The notes under the pieces were generated by a model. It did not search any database and was not told the DNA's origin. It was given only the letters and a program-made list of their open reading frames with translations. A DNA stretch of 20,000 nucleotides, from contig NC_057752.1 in NCBI RefSeq assembly GCF_004010195.1, positions 7,396,573-7,416,572 on the forward strand, written 5' to 3'. Source of the DNA: Chiloscyllium plagiosum (Eukaryota). Positions 1 to 8,434 of this stretch are shown piece by piece. The first letter of the stretch is position 1. Each line of letters starts with the position of its first letter. A program made the position numbers and the translations under genes.

Positions 1-378
1 TGTCCCAGCTGCTGCTCATGCTTCTGCAGCATGATAGAGATTGGAGCCAGCTTCTCTTCTATTTGTTTCCCCCACATCTCGTGAGATTTCGCGAGCTCGT
101 TCACCAGGGCCTGGAAGGTAATCGAGTTCAAGGATTCTGCAGGCTGGGCCGTAGGCCCGGCCTCAGACGCTCCTCCTCCTCCTTCTTTCGGCATCTCTGG
201 ACAGCAGGAAACGCAAGTAAGTTAACTTCTCAAAGTTTCTTGGGACTCCATGATCTTTCTGGAGTCCCAGGATATTGCAATGGTCTGGGTTGGGTGGGTT
301 GAAGGTTCATTCTGCTTGTGATGTGGTGCGGAGCTCTGCAATGCGATCCTCCCAGATTGCCGCCATCTTGGATCCCCC
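1..378 (-). mobile_element. 5' end (5'UTR plus ORF1 start) of an L1-clade LINE running off the left edge
   Basis: The minus strand begins GGGGGATCCAAGATGGCGGC (378 to 359), a G-run plus YY1-type CAAGATGGCG motif typical of vertebrate L1 5' ends. A ~185-nt UTR and an open ORF follow. CpGs are retained relative to the flanks. Confidence 0.75.
3..194 (-). CDS. L1 ORF1p N-terminus (partial, open to the window edge; absent from the supplied ORF track)
   Basis: Manual translation from the ATG at 194 gives MPKEGGGGASEAGPTAQPAESLNSITFQALVNELAKSHEMWGKQIEEKLAPISIMLQKHEQQLG with no stop. A low-complexity N-terminus is followed by a helical, coiled-coil-like segment, as in L1 ORF1p. Confidence 0.65.
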   Translation of the reverse strand, partial: MPKEGGGGASEAGPTAQPAESLNSITFQALVNELAKSHEMWGKQIEEKLAPISIMLQKHEQQLG

Positions 379-630
379 AAACTATTTTCTTAAATGTCTG
401 CCATTGTTCCTCAAATGTCTGCTGCTAGACTCTTTTTCTAATCCACTTCAACCAGCTCTGCCCTCATTCCTTTATAATCACTCTTATTTAAGCTGAGCAC
501 ACTTGTTTCTGATCCAGATTTCCCCCCTCTCAAACTGAATGCTAAATTCCACCATGTTATGGTCACTATTTCAGAGGAGATATTTTACTCTGACATAGTT
601 TATTAAAGCTGTCTCATTATACATCACCAC
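379..630 (-). mobile_element. Old CR1 LINE fragment (APE endonuclease C-terminal region), interrupted by the L1
   Basis: Minus-strand translation ...*NSDHNMVEFSIQFERGKSGSETSVLSLNKSDYKGMRAEL contains the APE SDH motif, with an in-frame stop. Confidence 0.75.
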
Positions 631-864
631 ATACCTGAGTTGCTCTAGTCTTTTCTCAGAACCTAAACCATTTGTCATTTGGAATCAGCCCTGTGACTGA
701 GGAATTATGAACTCTACTATGTTATCGCGAGATATGCAAATGAGACACAGTGTACATTATCACATGAACTTTTGCAGTGTCATATGATATGATCATGAGC
801 TTGCCCTCTTACTGCATCTTGACAAGCTGAAGTCCCAATTACATGTTGTTGCTGTTAGTTATCA

Positions 865-1454
865 ATAATGCAATAGCAGAGCATTTAAAAATACAAAATA
901 TGATTAAGTAGAATCAACATGACTTCGTGGCGGGGAAATCATGCCAGACAAATTTTCTAGAATTCTTTGAGGAGGTAACAAGCAGAATAGATAAAGTGGA
1001 TGTATTTGGATTTTCAGAAGATATTTGATAAGGTACTACAAATTAGGCTACTTAATGTGATAAGAGCCAATGGTTTTAGAGGTGGTATATTAGCAGGGAT
1101 AGAGGATTTGCTAACTAATAGAAGATAGAGAATTGGGATAAGACGGACATTTTTAGGATGGCAACCTATAACTCATATAGTGCCACAGGGATCATTGTTG
1201 AGGTCACAGTTATTTTCAATGTACATTAATGACTTGGATGAGGGGAGTGAAAGCATTATTACAAAGTTTGTGGATGGCACAAAATAGATAGGAAGGCAAG
1301 TCATGAAGATGATACAAAGAGTCTACAGAAGGGAACAGACAGGTTAATTGGTTGGGAAAAAATTTGACATGGAATATAATGTGGGTAAATGTGATGTTAT
1401 GCACTTTGGCAGGAAAATATAGGAGCTGAATATTTTTTAAATGCAAAAAGACTT
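865..1454 (+). mobile_element. Old CR1 LINE copy A, RT region, left part
   Basis: Degenerate CR1 RT motifs: QHDFVAGKSCQTNFLEFFEEVT (~917-980), VPQG-like (~1180), KFVDGTK (~1264) and KCDVMHFG (~1387). Multiple stops and frameshifts. Confidence 0.85.
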
Positions 1455-1891
1455 GTGGTGGGCAAATTTTTGGAGGGAATCCTGAGGGACAAGATTTACA
1501 TGTATTTGGAAAGGCAAGGACTAATTAGGGATAGTGAACATGGCTTTGTGCGTGGGAAATTACGTCTCACTAACTTGATTGAGTTTTTTGAAGAAGTAAC
1601 AAAGAGGATTGATGAGGGCAGAGCTATTTGACTTCAGTAAAGTGTTCAACAAGGTTCCTCATGGTAGACTGGTTAGCAAGGTTAGATCTCATGGAATACA
1701 GGGAGAACTAGCCATTTGGATACAGAACTGGCTCAAAGATAGAAGACAGGGTGGTGGTGGAGGGTTGCCTTTCAGACTGGAGGCCTGTGACCAATGGTGT
1801 GCCACAAGGATCGATGTTGGGTCCATTGCTTTTCATCATTTATATAAATGATTGTAAACATAGGAGGTATAGTTAGTAAGTTTGCAGATGA

Positions 1892-2516
1892 TGACGATCT
1901 AAAATCTGGATTTCGGCTGTTGTCAGGAGCAACCATTTTTATGCATGCTTTTATTAACAACAAAATGGCTTCTCAATGCAAAGTAACATAACAAAATGGC
2001 TTCAGCCTACAAATTAATACTGAGTTTAAAGTGGCTTCTCACCCTGCTAAAGGCTGCATTCCTGCCTTGCTGAGCTAACTGAATCAAAGATAAAGCAGAA
2101 TAATGGACCCTTCACAGCGTGGAATTAACTAAGCTAGATCGGACATTACTAACTGTTTTAGTTAACCTTGAAATGTAGGTGGGAAGAGATAAATGTGTTG
2201 TAAACAACTTTGTTTTCCAGAAAATATCATTGGGTTAACCTGCTGTCCATTATGTCATTTCTTACATTTTATTGGATTTATTCTGTAATTAAGGCTGTAC
2301 TATTTCTTAAGAAACATATTAAAAATTGCCTTTGTTCTCAGTGAAATTGCGCAGTTTCTCCAAGGAACACAGAAACTGTTAACCTCTGTGTTGCTGGACA
2401 AACCTGTGCCTGGCGGCAAAATAAACTGTGAAATCTTGCTGTGGCATACCACATTCATGTTGATTATTTGACCAGTCGCGGAACTGAGAGATCCCTCAAG
2501 GGGGTCGAGATCTTCA
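1892..2516 (+). mobile_element. Solo LTR (625 bp) of an ERV or LTR retrotransposon
   Basis: Starts TG and ends CA. Imperfect terminal inverted repeat TGACGATCT / AGATCTTCA (8/9). 4-bp TSD ATGA at 1888-1891 and 2517-2520. TATA-like CATATTAAAA at ~2315 and AATAAA at 2420-2425 give the orientation. Excising it restores the CR1 FADDTK codons. Confidence 0.85.
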
Positions 2517-2704
2517 ATGACACCAAAATTGGAGGTGTCGTGGACAGTGAAGAAGGTTACCTCAGATTACAACGGGATCTCGATCAGATGTGCTGAGACC
2601 TTCGGGCACATATTCATAGCTCATTGAAAGTGGGGTCACAGGTAGATAGGATAGTGAAGAAGGCATTTGATATGCTTTCTTTTATTGGTCAGAGCCAAGA
2701 TTAG

Positions 2705-3021
2705 ATTAGATTAGATTAGATTACAATGTGGAAACAGGCCCTTCGGCCCAACAAGTCCACACCGCCCCGCCGAAACGCAACCCACCCATACCCCTACATT
2801 TACCCCTTACCTAACAGTACGGGCAATTTAGCATGGCCAATTCACCTGACCTGCACATCTTTGGACTGTGGGAGGAAACCGGAGCAGCCGGAGGAAACCC
2901 ACGCAGACACGGGGAGAACGTGCAAACTCCACACAGTCAGTCGCTTGAGACGGGAATTGAACCCGGGTCTCTGGCGCTGTGATGCAGCAGTGCTAACCAT
3001 TGTGCCACCATGCCGCCCACC
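2705..3021 (-). mobile_element. HE1-type tRNA-derived SINE
   Basis: Minus strand GGGCGGCATGGTGGCACAATGGTTAGC (A box) ... GGTTCAATTCCC (B box), central GGAGTTTGCACGTTCTCCCCGTGTCTGCGTGGGTTTCCTCC, CR1-like 3' end and (AATCT)n tail. Very similar to the copy at 12217-12526. Confidence 0.92.
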
Positions 3022-3075
3022 ATTAGAGTGGTGCTGGAAAAGCACAGCAAGTCAGACAGCATCTGAGGAGCAGGA

Positions 3076-3113
3076 AAATAAATGTTTCGGGCAGGAGCCC
3101 TTCATCAGGAATG
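3076..3113 (-). ncRNA. Minimal type I hammerhead ribozyme motif in the PLE left arm, degenerate cleavage site
   Basis: Minus strand CATTC-CTGATGA-A-GGGC(TCCT)GCCC-GAAAC-ATT. The CUGANGA and GAAA boxes surround a perfect 4-bp stem II, but ATT replaces the GTC seen in the copy at 19971-19978. Confidence 0.7.
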
Positions 3114-4228
3114 AGGCTGGAAGCCTCGGGGGTGGAGAGATAAATGGGAGAGGGTGGGGCTGGGAAGAAGGTAGCTGGGAGCGCAATAGGTGAATGGAGG
3201 TGGGGGTGAAGGTGATAAGTCGGAGAGGTGGGTGGAGCGGATAGGTGGGAAGGAAGATTGACAGGTGGGACAGGTCATGAGGATGGTGCTGAGCTGGAAG
3301 ATTGGAACTGGGGTAAGGTGGGGGGAGAGGAAATGAGGAAACTGGTGAAGTCCACATTGATGCCCTGGGGTTGGAGGATTCCGAGGCGGAAGATGAGGCG
3401 TTCTTCCTCCGGCGTCGGGTGGTGAGGGAGTGGCGGTGGAGGAGGCCCAGGACCTGCATGTCCTCGGCAGAATAGGAGGGGGAGTTGAAATGTTCGGATG
3501 TGGAGGGTGTAGGGTGATGTCCCGAATGTATGTGGGGAGTTCCTGGACTGGGGGGATAAGACAGTATCGAGGTCGGTGGAGATGAGTTCGGGGAGGCAGG
3601 AGCAGGCTGAGATGATAGGTCGGCTGGGGTAGTCAGGCTTGTGGATCTTGGGAAGGAGGTAGAATCGGGCCATGCAGGGTTCCAAAACTATGAGGTCGGA
3701 AGCTGTGATGGGAGATCCCCTGATGTGATGAAGTTGTGTATGGTCCGGGAAATTATGGTTTGGTGATGGGGGGTGAGGTCATGGCTGAGGGAGCAGTAGG
3801 AGGAGGTGTCTTTGAGTTGGCGCCTGGCTTCAGCAGTGTAGAGGTCAGTGCGCCAAACTATCACTGCATCCCTTTTGTCTGCTGGTTTGATGGTGAGATT
3901 AGGATTGGAGCAGATGGAGTGGAGAGCTCCATGTTGCGAGAGTGAGAGTTTAGAGTGGGGGAGGGGGGTAGACATGTCGGACGGTTAATGTCCAGACGAC
4001 ATTTGGAAATGAAGAGATCGAGGGTAGGCAATAGACTGACATGGGGTGTCCAGGTGGATGGAGTGTGTTGGAGGTGGGTGAAGGGGTCCTCAGAGGGTGG
4101 GCGGGAGTCTTGATTGAAAAAGTAAGCTCGGAGGCGGAAGTAGTGTTCGGCAATACGACATGTATTGAATTTGTTTCTTCCTCTCCTGATGTCCCCACAA
4201 GCACCCTTCCACTGACACACTCATTCGT

Positions 4229-5334
4229 TTGGCTGAACTGGTCCTCACCCTCAACAATTTCGCTTTCAAATCCTCCCACTTCCTCCAGACGAAAGGAGTA
4301 GCCGTGGGCACCTGCATGGGCCCCGGCTGTGCCTGTCTCTTTGTCGCCTATGTGGAATTGTCTGTTTTCCGTAGTTACACCGGCACAATTCTCCACCTTT
4401 TCCTCTGCTACATTGATGACTGCATCGGCGCCATCTTGTGCTCCCAGGAGGAGGTTGAGCAGTTCATCAACTTCACCAACACATTCCATCCCGATCTTAA
4501 ATTCACATGGATCATCTCAGATACCTCCCTCCCCTTCCTAGACCTCTCCATCTCCATCAACGATGACGCCTTTAAAGACTGTAAATTGCCCTCCAAAGCA
4601 TCTCATCCATGTCCTGCACCTCTGCCCTCAAACCCCACTCCTCCAACCACAATAAGGACAGACCCCCCCGGTCCTCACCTTCCACCCCACTAACCTCCAC
4701 ATAAACAGCATCATCTGTGCCGACATTTCCGCATCTACAAACAGACCCCACCACCAGGAATATATTTCCCTCCCCACCCCTATCTGCTGTCCGTAAAGAC
4801 CGTTCCCTCCATGACAGCCTGGTCAGGTCCATGTCCCCCAACAACCCACCATCCCCTCCTGGCACCTTCCTCTGCTACCGCAGGAACTGCAAAACCTGCA
4901 CCCACACTTCCCCCATCACCTCCATCCAAGGCTCCAAAGGAGCTTTCCACATTCATCAAGGTTTCACATGCACTTCCACAAATGTCATTCATTGCATCCG
5001 TTGCTCCCGATGCGGTCTCCTTTACATTAGGGAGACTGGACGCCTTCTCGCAGAGTGCTTCAGGGAACATCTCCGGGACACCCGCACCAATCAACTCCAT
5101 CGCACCGTGGCCGAACATTTCAACTCCCCCTCCCACTCTGCCGAGGACATGCAGGTCCTGGGCCTCCTCCACCGCCACTCCCTCACCACCCAACGCCTGG
5201 AGGAAGAACGCCTCATCTTCCGCCTCGCAACCTTTCGACCCCAAGGCACCAATGTGAACTTCACCAGTTTCCTCATTTCTGCACCCCCAACCTTACCCCA
5301 TTTCCGAACATCCAGATCAGCACCATCCTCATGA
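4229..5334 (+). pseudogene. Disrupted PLE reverse transcriptase / GIY-YIG endonuclease coding remnant
   Basis: The YIDD motif is retained. The GIY and YIG motifs have decayed to VIH and YIR. The sequence is split over different frames with a deletion. Confidence 0.85.
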
Positions 5335-5495
5335 CCTGTCCCATCTGTCCATCTTCCTTCCCACCTATCCACTCCACCCTCCCATCCGACCTATCACCTT
5401 TACCCCTTCCTCCATCCACCTATTGCACTCCCAGCTACCTTTTTCCCAGCCCCACCTCTTCCCATTTATCTCTCCACCCCCAAGGATTCCAGCCT

Positions 5496-5532
5496 CATCC
5501 TGATGAAGGACTTTTGCCCGAAACATTTATTT
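5496..5532 (+). ncRNA. Minimal type I hammerhead ribozyme motif in the PLE right arm, degenerate
   Basis: CATC-CTGATGA(5500-5506)-A-GGAC(TTTT)GCCC-GAAAC(5520-5524)-ATT. Stem II has one mismatch and the cleavage triplet is altered. Confidence 0.68.
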
Positions 5533-6245
5533 TCCTGCTCCTCGGATGCTGCCTGACCTGCTGTGCTTTTCCAGCACCACTCTAATCTTGACTCTAATCT
5601 CCAGCATCTGCAGTCCTCACTTTCGCCTTTATTGGTCAGAGCATTGAGTGTAGGAGTTGGGAGGTCATGTTGTGGCTGTATGTGACACTGCTTAGGCCAC
5701 TTTTAGAATATTGTGTGCAATTCTGATCTCCCTCCTGTAGGGAGGATGTTGTGAAACTTGAAAGGATTCAGAAAAGATTGACAAGGATGTTGCCAGGGTT
5801 GGAGGATTTGAACTAGAGGGAGGGGCTGAATAGGCTCGGGCTGTTTTCCCTGGAACGTCAGAGGCTGGGGGGTGACCTTATAGAGGTTTATAAAATCATG
5901 AGGGGCACGAATAGAGTAAATAGACAAGGTATTTTCCCTGGGGTGGGGGAGTCCAGAATTAGAGGGCATAGGTTTAGGGTGAGAGGGAAAAGATTTAAAA
6001 TGGACCTAAAGGGCAACTTTTTCACACAGAGGGTGGTACGTGTATGGAATGAGCTGCCAGGGGAAGTGGTGATGGCTGGTACAATTACAACATTTAAAAG
6101 GCATCTGGATGGGTATATGAATAGGAAGGGTTTGGGTCAAGTGCTGTCAAATAGGACTAGATTAGTTTAGGATATCTGGCTGGCATGGACGAGTTGGACT
6201 GAAGGGTCTATTTCCAAGCTGTATATCTCTGACTCTCTGACTCTC

Positions 6246-6929
6246 AGACTTCAATAAGCTACAGAACAGTCGGATTTGGGAGTCCTTGCCCGTGACATAA
6301 AAAGCTAACACCCACTTTCAGTGGGTAATAGGGAAGGTAAACGGAATGTTGGCCTTTATTTCAAAGGGAATGGAGTGTAAAAGTAGGGAGGTTTTGTTAA
6401 AACTATGCAAGGCACTAATCAGACCACAGATGGAATACTGTGAACAGTTTTGGGCCCCTTGTCTAATGAAAAACATACTGGCATTGGAGGCAGTTCAGAG
6501 AAAGTTCACTCGGCTGATACCTGGTATGGAAGGACTGTCTGTTGAACAGACTGGGCCTGTACTCATTGAAATTCAGAAGAATGAGAGGCGATCTTCTTGA
6601 AATGACAGGGTCTATGCCCAAAGGAATAAACTCAGAATAAGGGGCTACACATCTAAGACACAGATGAGGATGTATTTCTTCTCTCAGAGGGTAGGGAATC
6701 TGTGGAATTCTTTACCACAGACAGCTGTTGAGACTGGTCTGGGTCTCTCTCAATATAATCAAGGATGAGATAGACAGATTTTTAATTAGGGAGGGAATCA
6801 AGCGTTACAGGGAAAAGGGGGAAAGTGGAGTTGAGGATTATCAAATCTGCCATGACCTCATTGAATGGTGGAGCAGACTCACTATGCTGACAGGCCGACT
6901 TCTATTCCAACATCTTATGGTGTTATGGT
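6246..6929 (+). mobile_element. Old CR1 LINE copy A, right part to the 3' end
   Basis: Resumes with DLGVL-like codons after the TSD. Contains LCKALIRPQMEYCEQFWAP...LEAVQRKFTRLIPG and FFSQRVGNLWNSLP. Ends in a TTATGG-repeat tail at ~6915-6929. Confidence 0.85.
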
Positions 6930-8412
6930 GAGTGCAGCCTCTTATGACTTAAGTCCTAGGTGATGTTACCTTTATGGGTCTCACTGAAATAATACTGGTA
7001 AGCTGTTCACCCAAATGCATTGGAATACAGTCTCTCTGTATATTTCCTTGACACATCTCCCAGCGGCCTCCCATTTAATGTGTGAATCCATCCACTTAAA
7101 GCAAGGTTACGTTCTTTGCGTTCACATTTCACCGTTATATTGCGACAAGGAAGGGAATGTTTGAAATGAGTGACAGGGTTGCAGTCAGGATTTCAGATTC
7201 TTAGAGTCTTGTGGAGATTGAGACAAGAAGGAAGTTATCCCAGTACCTACAGGAGCTGACGGCAGCATTAGGGCCATACAGCTAATTAAATGGGGCTCCA
7301 AACTGGTCACTGACTCCGAGTGGATCGAGTGACCATCTCAACTATATTGCTAATGAACTGTTAGACCAAATGTTTGCATGAGCCTCAGCCTGTTGAGTTG
7401 ATTAGGAAATGTGTATTACTGGTTAGCCCCACCAAACTGGCAATCCCGATAGTAGAATGGTACAGAAAGTGAGGACCATAACAACGTTGAGAGCAGTTGG
7501 CATAGCTTGGCCCTGTTATCTAGCAGGCAGCAGGTTCAGTTGCAGGAGGTTAAAGTGATCTGCAAAAGTCTGTCTTGATGCCTGAAATGCATTACTGTTT
7601 GGTTGGATCCAGGATCTTGGCTTGTAAACCTTGTGTGCTGAGTATGGCTACCCATAAGCAACCATCTCTCAACTTCTATCTTTCAGTAGGCCCACCTGCC
7701 AATTCAGCAGGTTGTTGACACTAATGTTTACCATTTTGCATCACCTGTTCCACCATCCAAGTGAAGCATGCAATAATAGAATCCATGGTCTGTAGATAGT
7801 GTTTACTGTGATTAAGGTGAAAAGTCTTAGAAAGAATCAAGCTAGAAATTCTCTTGGCATTTCACACAGATCCTGTGATTCGTTTGCCTACATTTGAGTG
7901 CCCCTTTAAATGCTGCTTTAGGGTCTCGGAGACCAACTGTTGGGCTTCACTGGCAAATTAGGTACAGGGTGTAACTTCTGAGATTTGGCATATTTGGGTG
8001 AAGAGGGTAAGCTTGCCCTTTAAACAATAAGCCCTGTGGAGAAAGCAAAAACTTTGCTGCAGCATTTAAAGCATTATGCTTAATGCTATAGTACTAATTT
8101 GCACCTGTTTTTAAAAACGAATTTGTATTCTGCACAGTTACACTAGATAGAGCTTTAGTTATGCATGCTGGAATCAGGTAGACTGGGAAACAGTCAATTA
8201 ATTCTGAGCTTGTTTTCACTGGCTAACCCTTTCATTAGGGCTAAACATCTGACGAGGCAGAGTGATTGCTCTGTACTCACTTCTCGCACGCTTGGCTGCT
8301 GCCGGGCTTTAGGATTGGCCCACAGGAGAGTAACAAGCACCTCCATGATTGATCACCAAAGATGCTGCCAGACAGCAAAAGGGACCCACTAAGGTTTTTA
8401 AAAATGACAGAC

Positions 8413-8434
8413 TGACCTCAGGGGTCATAGGTCA
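8413..8434. promoter_or_regulatory. Candidate nuclear-receptor response element (DR1 overlapping an everted repeat)
   Basis: TGACCT-CAG-GGGTCA-T-AGGTCA: three consensus RGGTCA half-sites in 22 bp. Function is not demonstrated. Confidence 0.35.

Larger units (their letters stand above)
2696..4172 (-). mobile_element. Penelope-like element, left (inverted) arm, internally deleted; contains a nested HE1 SINE
   Basis: Minus-strand frames give the PLE N-terminal RT motifs FRLRAYFF, TIKPADK..AVIVW and FYLLPKIHK...RPIIS. At ~3498 the sequence jumps to the GIY-YIG C-terminus (EEERLIFRLG.LQP.GINVDF) and the 3' terminal repeat. Confidence 0.9.
4173..5627 (+). mobile_element. Penelope-like element, right arm (RT core, Cys-rich linker, GIY-YIG endonuclease, 3' terminal repeat)
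   Basis: ORF 4229-4693 has NNFAF..HFLQTKGVAVGT.MGP...YIDD...NTFHPDLKFT...LPFLDL. ORF 4717-5334 has C.RRNCKTC, FTCTSTNVIHCIRCSRCGLLYIRETGR....FREH and VAEHFN. There is an internal deletion near 4565. The 3' end is CAGCATCTGCAGTCCTCACTTTCGCC. Confidence 0.92.
1455..6245 (+). mobile_element. Younger 5'-truncated CR1 LINE copy B, present in three pieces (1455-1891, 2517-2695, 5628-6245)
   Basis: Contains DFSKVFNKVPHGRL, KFADDTKIG (rebuilt across the LTR) and the C-terminal RGHRFRV...NFFTQRVVRVWNELP. Ends in a TGACTCTC-like microsatellite tail. Flanked by AGACTT at 1449-1454 and 6246-6251. Confidence 0.9.

Noticed and set aside
18..496. + strand ORFs 18-302 and 275-496
   Set aside because: They are antisense shadows of the L1 5' end and the CR1 fragment.
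2945..3018. tRNA-like A and B boxes (also at 12217, 15232, 16487, 10697 and 13423)
   Set aside because: They are SINE heads continuing into SINE bodies or decayed fragments, with no complete tRNA cloverleaf.
2726..3193. 155-aa ORF, and the similar ORFs at 12250-12507 and 16445-16789
   Set aside because: These are translations of HE1 SINE sequence; the similarity comes from the repeat, not a gene family.
3125..3330. G-rich tracts with G-quadruplex appearance, mirrored as C-rich at 5280-5480
   Set aside because: This is the intrinsic composition of the PLE terminal repeat, with no locus-specific signal.
3228..5585. Many overlapping ORFs on both strands
   Set aside because: They are explained by GC-rich PLE sequence and the inverted repeat. 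Only the RT and GIY-YIG frames have recognisable motifs, and those are broken.
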